Source: an uncultured Gemmatimonadales bacterium (lineage in GTDB: Bacteria > Gemmatimonadota > Gemmatimonadetes > Gemmatimonadales > Gemmatimonadaceae). Taken from it: a stretch of 64,000 nt of DNA. Location: NCBI GenBank assembly GCA_963707505.1, contig CAVPQB010000004.1, positions 448,001 through 512,000 of the forward strand. Direction: 5' to 3'. The first letter of the stretch is position 1. The number at the start of each line of letters is the position of its first letter. The notes beneath the pieces were generated by a model. The model was not told the origin of the DNA, ran no database searches, and saw only the letters and a list, made by a program, of their open reading frames with translations. This document shows, in pieces, positions 1 through 11,384 of the stretch. The position numbers and the translations under genes were made by a program.

Positions 1-1
1 A

Positions 2-694
2 GAGTATCCAGGCTTCGATCTGAACTTGATGGATCAGGCTCGGATCGATATCTGGCTCCGGGAGTTTGCCGGGTATGTGAAAAGTGGAGAGATGCCGCAG
101 TTGGAGATCGTCCGGTTGCCCGACGACCATACCGCCGGGACTCGGGCCGGCTCCCGAACTCCGCGCGCGTTCATGGCCGACAATGATCTCGCACTGGGCC
201 GCATGATCGAGGCACTGTCACGCTCACCGTTCTGGAAGAACACCGTCGTCTTTGTCGTCGAGGATGACGCGCAGAATGGTCCGGATCACGTGGACTCGCA
301 CCGTGCGCCCGCATTTGTCGTATCTGCGTACAATCGAGGTGGTGTAATTCACCGCTGGACCAACACCACCGATGTGATCGCGACGATGAGCGAGATTCTG
401 CACACCGGATCGCTGTCGCAGTTCGATTTCTACGGCCGGCCGTTGCACGACATATGGACATCGAAGCCAGATCTGCGCCCGTACATCGCGATCGTACCCG
501 GTGTCGATCTGAATGAGAAAAATACGAAAGCGAGCGTCGGAGCGGCCGCGTCTGCGCGCCTCGATCTCTCGGAGGAAGACAGAGCCGACGAGAACAGCTT
601 CAATCGCATTCTCTGGAAGGCGATCAAGGGAGAGGCCACTCCGTATCCTGGAACCGTGCGCGTCTCCGGTTTGGAATGGCGACGGGCACGATAG
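2..694 (+). CDS. Phosphoesterase / alkaline-phosphatase-superfamily protein, C-terminal part (5' truncated by window edge; typical of YncE-propeller/phosphoesterase fusions)
   Basis: Frame open from base 2 (EYPGFDLNLMDQ...). Motifs RLPDDHTAG, ADNDLALGRMIE, EDDAQNGPDHVDSHR. Confidence 0.8.
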   Translation, partial: EYPGFDLNLMDQARIDIWLREFAGYVKSGEMPQLEIVRLPDDHTAGTRAGSRTPRAFMADNDLALGRMIEALSRSPFWKNTVVFVVEDDAQNGPDHVDSHRAPAFVVSAYNRGGVIHRWTNTTDVIATMSEILHTGSLSQFDFYGRPLHDIWTSKPDLRPYIAIVPGVDLNEKNTKASVGAAASARLDLSEEDRADENSFNRILWKAIKGEATPYPGTVRVSGLEWRRAR

Positions 695-755
695 CGTGGG
701 AGTTACGGTGGCCGGTGTAATGTCCGTGACAGGTGAATCTGACTAGCTTGACCGC

Positions 756-2006
756 GTGACGACCATTACATGTGCCGTCAGGTCAATGCAGATCGCCCGC
801 GCCATTCGGTGCGCTGGCGCGCTCGCGATCCTGAGCGTCGTTCCTGTCCTTCGGGCCCAACAGCCGCTGAGTCGTTCAGAGGCGATTCAGGCTGCGCTCG
901 GGAAGTCCGTGCTGGTGACCGCGATAAGCGCGGATACTCTTGCGGCGTCGGCGCGGCTGAGATCGGCGCGGGAGTATCCCAATCCTTCTCTGACGATGTC
1001 CTACTCCAAGGATGCGCCGCAGAACCATTTCTCATTCGACATCCCGCTGGACCTGCCGGGAATTCGTGGTGCACGTGTTCGGGCGGCTGAAGCGGCTCGC
1101 ATCAGCGCGCGATTTGGCTTTCTTGCCGCACGCGCAGCAATAGAGCTGAACGCTGATACGATGTACACCACAGCGCAGGGTGCGGAGCTTCGCGCTGCTC
1201 TGTCGCACGCGACTGCGGTTGACGCGGCCAGGCTGTTGAGCGACACGAAGACGCGTAGAGATGCCGGCGATGCGAGCGACCTGGACGTGAACCTCGCGGA
1301 AGTATCAGCAGCGCAGGCGGCCAACGCCGCAAATGCAGATTCTCTCGAAGCAATCGATACGCGACTCGAGCTGCAGGCGGCAATGGGTCTTCGTGGCGAC
1401 ACGATCGTCGTTACGTTACGCGACTCGCTTGCGGCCCCGTCGATCCAGATCCCACCAGCCGCCTCGGATCTGACTGCGACGCCCACGGTCGCTGCAGCAA
1501 GCGCTGCGGTTACGTCCGCGCAGCAGACTCTCACCTTTCAGCGTCGCAGCGTGTTCGGCGTGCCGTCAATTCAGTTTGGAGCGGATGCGAAGGATCCGAC
1601 CGGTGCAGAGAAGGGACTGCTGCCAACGATAGGCGTTGCTCTTCCAATTCCGTTTTTTAACCGAAACGGAGGCGCGATCGAAGCGGCGCACGCCGATGTT
1701 ACACGGGCCACGGCGGAGCTCGCGATCGCACGATTAAACGCAGCCACAGAGCTTGCCCGGGCTTACCGTACACAGGCGGTCGCAGAATCGCGCATTGGGC
1801 GCGATCGCACGATCATGGATGCAGCTACCCGGAACGTATCGATGGCGGAACGCGCATATACCGCGGGAGAGATGGCGATCGGCAACATTCTCGAGACGAG
1901 GCGAGCTCAGCACGACGCGCAGGCACAGTACGTCACCGACCTCGTGGCTGCAAACGTCGCCTCAGCGCTGGTTCGCGTGCTCACTGCAAACGGAGTCACC
2001 CAATGA
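756..2006 (+). CDS. TolC/CzcC-family outer membrane efflux protein
   Basis: Signal peptide ending VLRA|QQP, YPNPSL motif, IGVALPIPFFNRNGGAI motif; first gene of an RND trio. Confidence 0.9.
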   Translation: MTTITCAVRSMQIARAIRCAGALAILSVVPVLRAQQPLSRSEAIQAALGKSVLVTAISADTLAASARLRSAREYPNPSLTMSYSKDAPQNHFSFDIPLDLPGIRGARVRAAEAARISARFGFLAARAAIELNADTMYTTAQGAELRAALSHATAVDAARLLSDTKTRRDAGDASDLDVNLAEVSAAQAANAANADSLEAIDTRLELQAAMGLRGDTIVVTLRDSLAAPSIQIPPAASDLTATPTVAAASAAVTSAQQTLTFQRRSVFGVPSIQFGADAKDPTGAEKGLLPTIGVALPIPFFNRNGGAIEAAHADVTRATAELAIARLNAATELARAYRTQAVAESRIGRDRTIMDAATRNVSMAERAYTAGEMAIGNILETRRAQHDAQAQYVTDLVAANVASALVRVLTANGVTQ

Positions 2007-3049
2007 TGGATCGTCGACTGCTGCTCGCGCTCGCAGCGTTGTCCGCGCTTTCGGCATGCGGAAAATCCGACACTGCCGGTGAAGCCGATGCGACTCCGGT
2101 TGTAACTGTCGAGACCGCGCAGGTAACGACGGCTGCATTCACTCCGATGGTTCGCGCCGTTGGCACCGTAGTATCCAGCCCGACGGGATACGCCGAGCTG
2201 AGTGCGCCAGCTCCATCACGGATTGCTCGCGTGCTCGTGACAGCCGGACAGACTGTGAAGTCCGGTGAAGCACTGGTCGAGCTCGACGCTGCAACGTTGC
2301 GGGCGGCCTCGACGGGCGCGGATGCGGCGCTGGCCGCGGCGCAGAGCGCTTATGATCGGGCTTCAGAGCTCGCGCAACAGGGGATCGTGGCACGCAAGAC
2401 GGTTGATCAGGCTAGCTCCGATCTCGCTCAGGCGAAAGCTGCCGCTGTCGGTGCGCATCGCACCTACGCACTGTCCACGCTGCGATCTCCGATCTCCGGT
2501 GTGGTAACGAAGATGAATGCCGTCACCGGCGCGTCCGCTGACCCAGCACAGGTACTCGTCGCGATCGCGGATCCCAGCGCGCTGCAGGTTCTTTTGCAAC
2601 TCTCGCCTGTGGACGCGGGATCGGTACGGCGCGGCGCTTCCGTCAGCTTCGCGGATAATGACACGCCTTCGGCCTCTGTGGTGGCCCGCGGTTCCGTGAT
2701 CGCAGTGGGCGCCGCAATCGACTCGGCCACGCGCGCCGTGCCGGTGCGAGTACACGTTGCATCGTCGACACGTCCGCTCAGGCTTGGGGAAACTCTCACC
2801 GGCAAGATCGCAGTCACCGGTTCCCGGAGCGCGATGTCCATCCCGTCCAACGCACTCGTTCCTGATAGTACGGGGTTCAAGGTTTACGTCGTGAAACAGG
2901 GAATCGCATATGCGACGCCGGTCGAGGTCGGCACACGCGGCGATTCGCTCGTACAGATCACCAAGGGGCTTGCGGTAGGCCAGACGGTCGTGACGACAGG
3001 CGCGTACGGCCTCGAAGACAGCAGCAAAGTCACCGTTCCCAAGCGGTAG
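2003..3049 (+). CDS. RND efflux periplasmic adaptor (membrane fusion) lipoprotein
   Basis: Lipobox LSAC, biotinyl-lipoyl-like GQTVKSGEALVELD, coiled coil, LRSPISGVV, C-terminal GLAVGQTVVTTG; ATGA overlap with the TolC gene. Confidence 0.92.
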   Translation: MMDRRLLLALAALSALSACGKSDTAGEADATPVVTVETAQVTTAAFTPMVRAVGTVVSSPTGYAELSAPAPSRIARVLVTAGQTVKSGEALVELDAATLRAASTGADAALAAAQSAYDRASELAQQGIVARKTVDQASSDLAQAKAAAVGAHRTYALSTLRSPISGVVTKMNAVTGASADPAQVLVAIADPSALQVLLQLSPVDAGSVRRGASVSFADNDTPSASVVARGSVIAVGAAIDSATRAVPVRVHVASSTRPLRLGETLTGKIAVTGSRSAMSIPSNALVPDSTGFKVYVVKQGIAYATPVEVGTRGDSLVQITKGLAVGQTVVTTGAYGLEDSSKVTVPKR

Positions 3050-3055
3050 CGGACA

Positions 3056-6000
3056 GTGCGTCTTTTTGATATCCTCGCAGCGCAGCGACGCGTCATATAT
3101 CTGGTTGTCGTACTGCTGAGTGTAGGCGGTGTTTGGTTGGCTCGGTCGCTCCCCTCGGCGATCTATCCGGAATTGCTCTTCCCGCGTATCACGATCGTTG
3201 CCGAGGGCTCATCGCTGGGCGCCCGGCAGGTGGAGTTCTCGGTCACGCGTCCGTTGGAGGAGGCGGTGAGCACCGTGCCAGGTGTCACCCGCGTGACGTC
3301 CAAATCCATTCGCGGCGCCGCTGAGATATCCGTGACGTTCACGCCGGCGACAGACATGCAGTCCGCACTGCAGCTGGCACAGACGCGCGTGAGCCAGATA
3401 CGCAATACGCTCCCCAGCGATGTGAACGTCGAAGTCGCACGCCTCACCCCGTCACTGTTCCCGATTCTATCGTACAATCTGGAGGGCACCGATCCCTCCA
3501 CGTTGTACGACATCGCGCGATACCAGATCCGGCCGATCATATCCCGCGTTCCGGGTGTCGGGCGGGTGGATGTGCAGGGAAGCAGCATCCGGGAGATCGA
3601 AGTCGTAGCTGATCCATCGACTCTTGCCGCGCAAGGCCTCACGTACAACGACCTTGCGACGGCAATTCAGAATGCAATCTCGCCGGCAGCGGTAGGACGC
3701 GCTGCACGCGACTACAAGCAGTATCTGATCGTGACGGATCAGGAAGCCCACTCCGTCGCCGACGTCGGAGCTGTTGTTCTACCAAACGGCTTGCATGTTC
3801 GCGACGTGGCAACGGTACAGATGGGCGCCGAGGATCAGGTGCTGCTCGTGCGAGGCGATGGGAGGCCGGCCGCATTGCTGAACATCACGCGACAGCCCGG
3901 TGGGAACACGGTCGACATAGCAGATAGCGTTGCTTCTATCGCCGCGACGATCCGGAAGACACTTCCCCCTGGCGTGATTCTCAAGCCTGTATACGATCAG
4001 GCCGCACTCGTGCGCGAGGCTGTGACCTCCGTTCGCGACGCGATGATCATCGGTGCCGTTCTGGCCATAATAGTTCTCTTCGCATTCCTTCGACACGGAC
4101 GCATTACTGCCGTAAGTGCGACCGCCATCCCGCTTACGATGGCGATCACGGTCTTCGTCATGTCCATGATCGGGCAGACGTTCAACCTGATGACGCTGGG
4201 AGCGATGGCCATCGCTGTGGGTCTCGTCATCGATGATGCGGTAGTAATCACCGAGAACATAGCGCGACACCTTTCCTTCACACCGGACAGGCACCTCGCC
4301 ATCCGTGATGCGCTCCAGGAACTGATCCTGCCCGTCACCACATCCACGATCACCACTGTAGTTGTATTCCTGCCACTCGGCTTGCTCACGGGCGTAGTCG
4401 GGCAATTCTTCAAGGCGCTTTCGATCACGCTCACGATAGCGGTGATCGTATCGCTGTTTCTCGCCATCACGCTCATACCATTGCTCAGCGAGCAGTTCGT
4501 GCGAGCGGAGGACGCCGAGTCTGAGCGACCGGGCGCAAAAAAACGCGGCATACTGCACCACATCGGACGTGGACTGGATTCGCTCGCGGACATCTATGAG
4601 CGGTCGCTCGTCAGCGTACTGCGTCATGTCTGGATAATGATCGGAGGCGCGGTCCTGCTCGTGATTCTCGGTGTGGTCGCCGCACGCTTCACAGGAACCG
4701 GTTTCCTTCCGGAAATGGATGAGGGCGCCTTCGTACTCGACTATTTCACGCCCGGCGGAACGGCGCTGTCGGAAACCGATCGCGAGGTTCACATCGCTGA
4801 GAAGATTCTCGCGCAGACGCCCGAGATATCCGGCACTTCGCGCCGAACCGGCGCTGAGCTCGGCCTCTTCGCGACACAGCAGAATGTAGGCGATCTCGTC
4901 GCTCGTCTCGTCCCCGAATCCAAGCGGTCGCGGAGCATCTTCCAGGTGATGGATGACGTCCGCGGCAAGATCGCAACCGCCGTTCCTCGGTTGCATATCG
5001 AGTTTGTTCAGATTCTGTCGGATGTCATCAACGATCTCGCCGGTGCCGCGCGTCCCGTTGAGATCAAGCTGTTCGGGGACGACCTGAATCAGCTCGAGGC
5101 GTACGCTCGCTCGATCAGCGATCCGCTCAGCAAGGTCGCGGGAGTCGAGGACCTGTTCAATGGCGTGAGCGAGCCCAGCGCCGAGATATTACTGCATGTC
5201 GGGTCGGCGGAGTCGGCGCGCGCGGGATTCACTCCTGCGGGCGTCGGTGACGTCGTGCAAGGGGCGTTACTGGGCGTTCCTGCGGGCGAGGTACGAGCTG
5301 CTGACCGCGCCATCGGCGTTCGTGTTCGTGCACCGGACGCAGTCCGGTTCGATGCGAACAAGCTTGGAGAGCTCCCACTCGTATCAGCTTCGACGCGTAG
5401 CGCTGTCCCGTTGTCCGCGGTCGCAACTCTCACACCGACCGAGACGCGGGCCGAGCTGGATCGGGAAAATCAGCAGCAGATGATAGCGATCACGAGCGAC
5501 GTGAGCGGCCGCGCGTTGAGTGGCGTGATGACCGATGTCAAGAGCGTGCTCGCGGCACATCCGCCGCCCGCGGGTATCCGCGTTGAACTGGGCGGACAGT
5601 ACGCGGGTCAGCAGGAGGCCTTTCACGCATTGCTCCTCGTACTGTTGCTCGCCGCACTCAGCGTTACAGCGGTCATGGTGGTGCAGTTTCAGTCTTTTGT
5701 GGAGCCACTCGTAGTCCTTGTCGTAGCGCCGATCTCATTCGTGGGTGCGGTGTTCCTGCTGTTGATAACCGGCACACAGCTGAACGTATCCTCGTTCATG
5801 GGTCTCATTCTGCTGGTGGGACTGATCGTAAAGAATGGAATCATCCTACTCGACTTCACTCGTTATCGGATGGTCCATGACGATGTTCCGCTCGAGGTCG
5901 GATTGCGCGATGCCGCGCGCACACGTCTGCGCCCCATTCTCATGACTACGCTCTGCACGCTGTTCGGGTTGCTTCCGCTCGCACTGGGGCTTGGCGCCGG

Positions 6001-6176
6001 AAGCGAGCTGCAGCGTCCGCTGGCGCTCGCGGTAATCGGCGGACTGGCACTGTCCACGCCAATCACGCTTGTACATGGTGCCAAGTTTGCTCGTGCTGAT
6101 TCGGGGTCGCGAGTATCGCATCGCTCGCCCGGCGACTGAGAGGACCGTGGTGGAACCGACGGCGACCGTGTCGTAG
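3056..6176 (+). CDS. RND efflux permease (AcrB/CzcA family); probable +1 frameshift near 6069
   Basis: GLVIDDAVVITENI (TM4), GLIVKNGIILLDF (TM10), RLRPILMTTL. Removing one base near 6069 restores the last TM helix TLYMVPSLLVLI and a stop at 6176; the ORF track ends it at 6139. Confidence 0.92.
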
Positions 6177-6224
6177 CCGGGTACGCGCAGCCGAGAGCCT
6201 CCGGCTGCATGTTATCTTTGGTCC

Positions 6225-6767
6225 ATGATTCATTCATGGCACGATCTCCCGCCCGGAAGCAATCCTCCCGTGCAGGTTACCGCGGTCGTAGAAATACCGA
6301 CTGGAAGCCGCAACAAATACGAGCTTGACAAGGACACCGGACTCTTCCGTCTCGATCGCGTCCTGTACTCGGCGGTTTCATATCCCGGTGAATACGGTCT
6401 GATCCCGCGTACGCTGCACGAGGATGGCGATCCGCTGGACGTTCTCGTTCAGGTCGATCAGCCGACTTTTACGGGATGCCTGATCGACGTGCGGCCAATT
6501 GGCGTTCTTAAGATGCTGGATCGCGGCGAGCCTGATGACAAGATCTTCGCCGTGCCGTGGCATGACCCACGTTACGAGGAGTATTACGACATCGCACGCT
6601 TCCCCCAGGCGTATCTGAAGGAGATCGAGCATTTCTTTCTCATCTACAAGGATCTCGAGGGTCGTCGCGTCGAGATCAAGGGATGGGAAGGAAGCGACTC
6701 GGCAAAGCAGGTGATTGTCGATTCCATCGCGCGCTACGACGCGAAGTACATGCACGTCGGACCCTAA
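6225..6767 (+). CDS. ppa: Inorganic pyrophosphatase, family I
   Basis: VEIPTGSRNKYELDK, LDRVLYS, YP-x-YG, DGDPLDVLV, DDKI, HFF-x-x-YKDLE. Confidence 0.96.
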   Translation: MIHSWHDLPPGSNPPVQVTAVVEIPTGSRNKYELDKDTGLFRLDRVLYSAVSYPGEYGLIPRTLHEDGDPLDVLVQVDQPTFTGCLIDVRPIGVLKMLDRGEPDDKIFAVPWHDPRYEEYYDIARFPQAYLKEIEHFFLIYKDLEGRRVEIKGWEGSDSAKQVIVDSIARYDAKYMHVGP

Positions 6768-8881
6768 GGCGTCTTCGTCATCCCGAAGATGTCCTGCATC
6801 CGCGCCGCTTTTATCACGGCAATCGCGTCGTTGCGCACCTCGCGCGCACGCGTGCTATCGCCCTGGTGGTCCAACGCGTCGCTGAGATTGAGCCCGACAA
6901 GCGTATAGTCGACAGGCGTCGGCAACGACGGTCTGTCGATCCAGTCGCCACGACGCACTATCGCCGCCGGTCCGCGATAGATTCGCCATAGTGCATCCGT
7001 TCCGCGTGTGTCCAGTACCGGTCCGGTGGAATCCGACACTGGAGTCGGCATCAATTTCTGAACGAGCCCCTCTCCGAGTATGTAGCGCTGCAGACCAAAC
7101 TGCTTCGGATACGGCGAGCCCATCGTGAAATACACCGGCCGCTCGGGAAGCGCGTCGGTAATGAGACGCAGCACGAAGACGTCCTTTCGCTCCAGATAGC
7201 CCGCTCCGATGCGTCCCTCGATTGCGCCACTCTTCAGCAACTGAGGCTCGCGCAGCTCCATGAGATCGGGAACGGAATCAGCCTGCGCCTCGGTCATTCG
7301 GAATACTGCATGTGTTGGAACTGGCCACGTGCCCGTTCGATACATCGCCGGACCGGCTGCGGCATCGTACTTGTGAATGGGCGCCCGCAGCAACTGCTCG
7401 ACGAACCAATCCATCTGAAGGTACTGATCGATGACAACGGTAACGTCCGTCCGCACGCCTTCGACGTACTGCGCGTACCAGAGTGGAAACGTATCGTTGT
7501 CGCCACCAGTGACGATCACGCCATACGGCTCGACCGAGTTGAGAATGTCGACTGCCCAATCGCGCGCGACGGTATCGTTCCGCCGCGACGCCGCGCTCCA
7601 GTTTCCGATGAGCGGGATTGCTGCGACCGCCAGCAATGCACCACCCGAGCGCGCTCGCTGCCAGATCGCGGCAACCGCTACCGCGATCCACACGCCCCAC
7701 GCGCTGAAGCTCCACAGATAGAAGTAGTCACGATCGCGTACTTCGCGCGGCACGCTGTCACCCAGCCCGGGCGCCTGGGAGTAACCGTACTTGAAGTTCA
7801 TGTAATAGACGAGCAGCACCGTCAGCGTGAACATGAGGGTCGCCCAGTAGATACACGAAGCGCCGATCCCATCGCCAGTGTACAGTTGCCCCATATATGC
7901 CCAGTCCGAACATAAGGAGCGCCATGAGCATTTGCGCGAACGGTGCAGATCCGTGTGGATCTCTCAGCCATTGCCACTTGAAGTACAGCCACCACATGCC
8001 GAGCTGCGACCCGAACGAGATCTGGCGATCCATCACTGACGGCTTGCCGTATTGAGTGCGGTTGATGTTGTCGGAGAGCCGGGTGTATGTCTTCTCGCTG
8101 AACGTGCACGACCATTCGAGCTTCGTCGTGCAACCAGTCGGTGCGCCTTCGTTCATCTCTGGCGCCTGTGCAGCGCGAATTGGCTCGAAAATGAACGGTG
8201 TCAGTCCCAACGCAAAGGCGCCGAACACTGCAAGTACGAGACGTGGCTGCAGGAACTTCCTCCACCGCTGGCTCGCGACGGTCACCACGACTGCGAGTCC
8301 GGGAGCAAGCCGGCTGGATGCACGGCGTAGCCCGCGCCCAGCAGAAACGCGATCGCGACCAGCTTCGCATCGTTCCTCGGCTTCCCGTCCCCATCGAGCC
8401 AGCTGAGCATCAATAGTGTGATGATCGCGAACAGCGCGAGCGAGATCGTGTACACTTTCTCGTTCACGACCGACTGATTCCAGACCGTGAACGCGCTCGC
8501 GCCAACGATCACGCCAGCGGCAGCGCAAAGTCTGCGGCGCAGTGTCGCCACTCCGCCACGTGCCAGCACGAAGTCGATCAGGATAAACCAGGAGCCAGCC
8601 GCGATCGCGCTGCAGAGGGCCGCGAGAATGTTGATTCGCGCCGCGTATGAAACTGGTATGGGGATCGACCCGAATGCATGCGCGATCAGAACGAACAATG
8701 GATTGCCGGGCGGGTGTGGCAGTCCGAGCACCTTCGCGGCCGCTATGTACTCGCTCGTGTCCCACATCGCCGTCGTCGGTGACAGCGTGATGAGATACAA
8801 CACGAATACACACAGTGAGGCGAGCGCGCCCCAGGCGTACGGGGGAGTTTGCGGCGCCCCCGTTCTGACCTCTCGCGTCAT
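6764..8881 (-). CDS. DUF2723 / TMEM260-like membrane glycosyltransferase, split by two frameshifts (~8300, ~7862)
   Basis: N-terminal LYLITLSPTTAMWDTSEYI...LGLPHPPGNPLF, WNQSVVNEKVY, later EVRDRDYFY and GGDNDTFPLWYAQYVEGVRTDV. Three ORF-track fragments join into one gene; ATGA overlap with the upstream sigma factor. Confidence 0.85.
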
Positions 8882-9660
8882 CAAAATTCCGTTTTTGGCT
8901 GTGGGTCGTGAACGCCGCGGAGCCGCTGCTCGGGGACCGGCGCACGTGTATCCTCGCCGCAACGCCCCGGCGGAAGTATCGAATCGCGCGTCGAAGCACC
9001 GAGCGTGTCGTGCATTATCGCCCGCAGGGTATCACACGCAACGATCGTAGCGGTCCTCGGTTTTCTATTGTCTCGCGTGTGTGTCACGAAGATCAGTGCG
9101 ACGGTCGCCAGCGTGATTCCCGCACCGACCAGTGTGCGGCGGAGCTGTGCCGAGCCACGTGCGACGCGCATCTTTAGCGCCGACACCGCAACACCGGTGT
9201 CGGCGGAAATTTCTTCGTAGCTCCGGTCTTCGCCGTACTTGCTGAGCACGACGGAGCGGGTGGCGTCGGGCAGGGATTCCAGCGCCTCGCTCAATCGCTG
9301 CGCAAGGGCATGGTCTTCCTCGCGCGGGAGCACCGCAGTGTGGCCCGCATCGGAATGAGCCCGCATCCATTCGCCCGCGATGTTTGCGCGACGCCGCGCG
9401 GCATCGCTCGCGGACCGGCATCTGTTCGCGACTATGCAGAGCAGCCAGGAACTGAAGCGGTCGCGCTCCTGATAGCTGTCGAGCGACAGATAGGCCCGGA
9501 TGAACGCGTCCTGCACCGCGTCGGCGGCGTCGTCCGGGTCGCCGAGCAGCCGCATCGCCAATCGGGCGCAACGTTCATGGTACCGCTCGAAGAGGAGCGC
9601 GAAGGCGTCACTCTCCCCATCGCGAATCCGGCTGACCACCGCCGCGTCGGAAATCACCAT
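8881..9660 (-). CDS. ECF sigma-70 factor with a C-terminal transmembrane helix and short tail
   Basis: Region 2 DAADAVQDAFIRAY...FSSWLLCIVANRC; region 4 SYEEISADTGVAVSALKMRVARG; then hydrophobic LVGAGITLATVALIFV. Confidence 0.9.
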   Translation of the reverse strand: MVISDAAVVSRIRDGESDAFALLFERYHERCARLAMRLLGDPDDAADAVQDAFIRAYLSLDSYQERDRFSSWLLCIVANRCRSASDAARRRANIAGEWMRAHSDAGHTAVLPREEDHALAQRLSEALESLPDATRSVVLSKYGEDRSYEEISADTGVAVSALKMRVARGSAQLRRTLVGAGITLATVALIFVTHTRDNRKPRTATIVACDTLRAIMHDTLGASTRDSILPPGRCGEDTRAPVPEQRLRGVHDPQPKTEF

Positions 9661-9666
9661 GCTACG

Positions 9667-9694
9667 TTAACCCACGTGAGCGGCTCACGGTCAC
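9667..9694 (-). promoter_or_regulatory. Putative ECF-type promoter (GTGACC-N16-GGTTAA) containing a 7-bp inverted repeat
   Basis: Minus strand reads GTGACC gtgagccgctcacgtg GGTTAA cgtagc ATG. CGTGAGC-G-GCTCACG palindrome at 9675-9689; no Shine-Dalgarno. Confidence 0.4.
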
Positions 9695-9782
9695 ATCTTG
9701 CAGGCAGGCCGGCGAAAAGTCCACCCCTGGCGTCCCCGCGACCATTAGTGCACTGTAGTGCGGACCTCAACCCCCATGGATC

Positions 9783-10529
9783 ATGACCGCCCCTGACGAA
9801 CTCAGCACGTCCGCGCCGCCAGTGTCCGCGAAGCCGGCGAGCCTGTGGGAAGACTTCATCGATATTTTCGTGTCACCCAGCGAGGTGTTTGAGCGCAGAC
9901 GCGACTCGGGCTTTTTCGCGCCCTTGGTGGTCTTCGTAGTCCTGTCCGTTGCCATAGTGGTCGCTGGCCACTCCGCCCTGCAACCGATATTCGACTCCGA
10001 GTTCACGCGCGGGATGGCGGCCGCCGCCAAGAAGAACCCGCAGCTGACGGACGCTCAGATCCAGACTTCGCGCGCCTTCGCGGAGAAGCTGACCCCTGTT
10101 CTGGTTGGTCTGGGCGCCGCCATCATGCCGCTGCTCGTGGGAGTGATCCTGTGGATCGCGGGCAAGTTCGTCGATGCCAAGGAAGGCGTAGGTGCTGCAT
10201 GCATGATCGCCTGCTACGCCTTCATCCCGCGCATCCTCGATTCACTGCTCAGAGTGGTGCAGGCATTCGTCATGGACCCGGCTTCTCTCAACGGTCAGTA
10301 CCGCGTGAGTCTGAGTGCCGCACGTTTTCTGGATCCGGACACGGCGTCGCCAGTGTTGATCGGACTACTGGGCCGGATCGACCTTTTCACGATCTGGGTG
10401 ACCGTGCTACTCGCGATCGGTCTGTCCGTAGTTGCGCGAATTCCGCGGCAGAAGGCGGCGATCGCCGCGGTCGTCGTCTGGGTCGTCGGCGCGCTTCCGG
10501 CGCTCCTGCAGGCACTCAGGGCATCGTAA
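9783..10529 (+). CDS. Yip1-domain membrane protein
   Basis: IFVSPSEVFERRR N-terminal motif, five hydrophobic segments, IDLFTIW. Confidence 0.8.
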   Translation: MTAPDELSTSAPPVSAKPASLWEDFIDIFVSPSEVFERRRDSGFFAPLVVFVVLSVAIVVAGHSALQPIFDSEFTRGMAAAAKKNPQLTDAQIQTSRAFAEKLTPVLVGLGAAIMPLLVGVILWIAGKFVDAKEGVGAACMIACYAFIPRILDSLLRVVQAFVMDPASLNGQYRVSLSAARFLDPDTASPVLIGLLGRIDLFTIWVTVLLAIGLSVVARIPRQKAAIAAVVVWVVGALPALLQALRAS

Positions 10530-10536
10530 ATTCGTC

Positions 10537-10576
10537 ATCGTCGTCATCCCCCGTGAACGCGAGGGATGACGACGAT
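10537..10576. terminator. Hairpin between convergent genes (GTCATCCC...GGGATGAC, REP-like)
   Basis: 14-bp perfect inverted repeat ATCGTCGTCATCCC / GGGATGACGACGAT. Confidence 0.7.
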
Positions 10577-10619
10577 AGCCACTTTCGGACATCACAAACC
10601 TGCTCTCGGACTCCCGCCC

Positions 10620-11324
10620 TCAGGTCTCGATCGCTCCGTGCTCGATCGGTTCCCGTTCGCGCCTGATGAACAGCGTGTCATAAAGAACGGCCGCGATTAT
10701 CGATCCCACGATCGGTGCGGTCCAGTAGATGAACTGACCTTCGTAAATCCCTGAAGCAAGCGCCGGCCCGAACGACCGCGCCGGATTCATCGACGCGCCA
10801 GTAAGCGGCCCGATCGCCAGAATGTCGACCGTCACCACCAGTCCGATCGCGAATCCGCCTACCTTCGGCGACTTCGGATCTACCGCAGTCGCGAATACCG
10901 CGAACGTCAGGAAGAAGGTCGCGATCGCCTCCAGAATCCATGCCTGCGACGCGGTAACGTCCAGTGAAATCGCCTGGCCACCATCACGCGTAGCTGCGAC
11001 GATTGCGTCGGGGAACGTGCCTTTGAGTATGTACGCGGCCGCTGCCGCGCCGAGGAGCTGCGCTACGATGTAGATACCGGCCATCATAGGGTCGATGCGG
11101 CGCGCCGCTACGAATCCAAGTGTGATCGCCGGATTGAAGTGACCCGAGATCCGCATGAGCGCCGTCACGAATATCGACAACACCAGGCCGTGCGCCAGCG
11201 CCACCTGCAGCAACGCATACGGAGAGTTCGCCTGCGCAGCAGCCATTATCGCGGCGCTGCCCACGAACACCAGTGCGAACGTACCTATGAACTCCGAGAC
11301 AAAATGGCGTAGCGGATCACGCAT
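10620..11324 (-). CDS. Aquaporin (MIP family channel)
   Basis: EFIGTF, ISGHFNPAIT, LEAIATF, GASMNPARSFGPA (two NPA motifs). Confidence 0.95.
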   Translation of the reverse strand: MRDPLRHFVSEFIGTFALVFVGSAAIMAAAQANSPYALLQVALAHGLVLSIFVTALMRISGHFNPAITLGFVAARRIDPMMAGIYIVAQLLGAAAAAYILKGTFPDAIVAATRDGGQAISLDVTASQAWILEAIATFFLTFAVFATAVDPKSPKVGGFAIGLVVTVDILAIGPLTGASMNPARSFGPALASGIYEGQFIYWTAPIVGSIIAAVLYDTLFIRREREPIEHGAIET

Positions 11325-11384
11325 GCGTTACCCCGTTCGAAACAAGGTTGACCGGGCGCCTGCGAAGCGCCCGGATGCGCGTCG

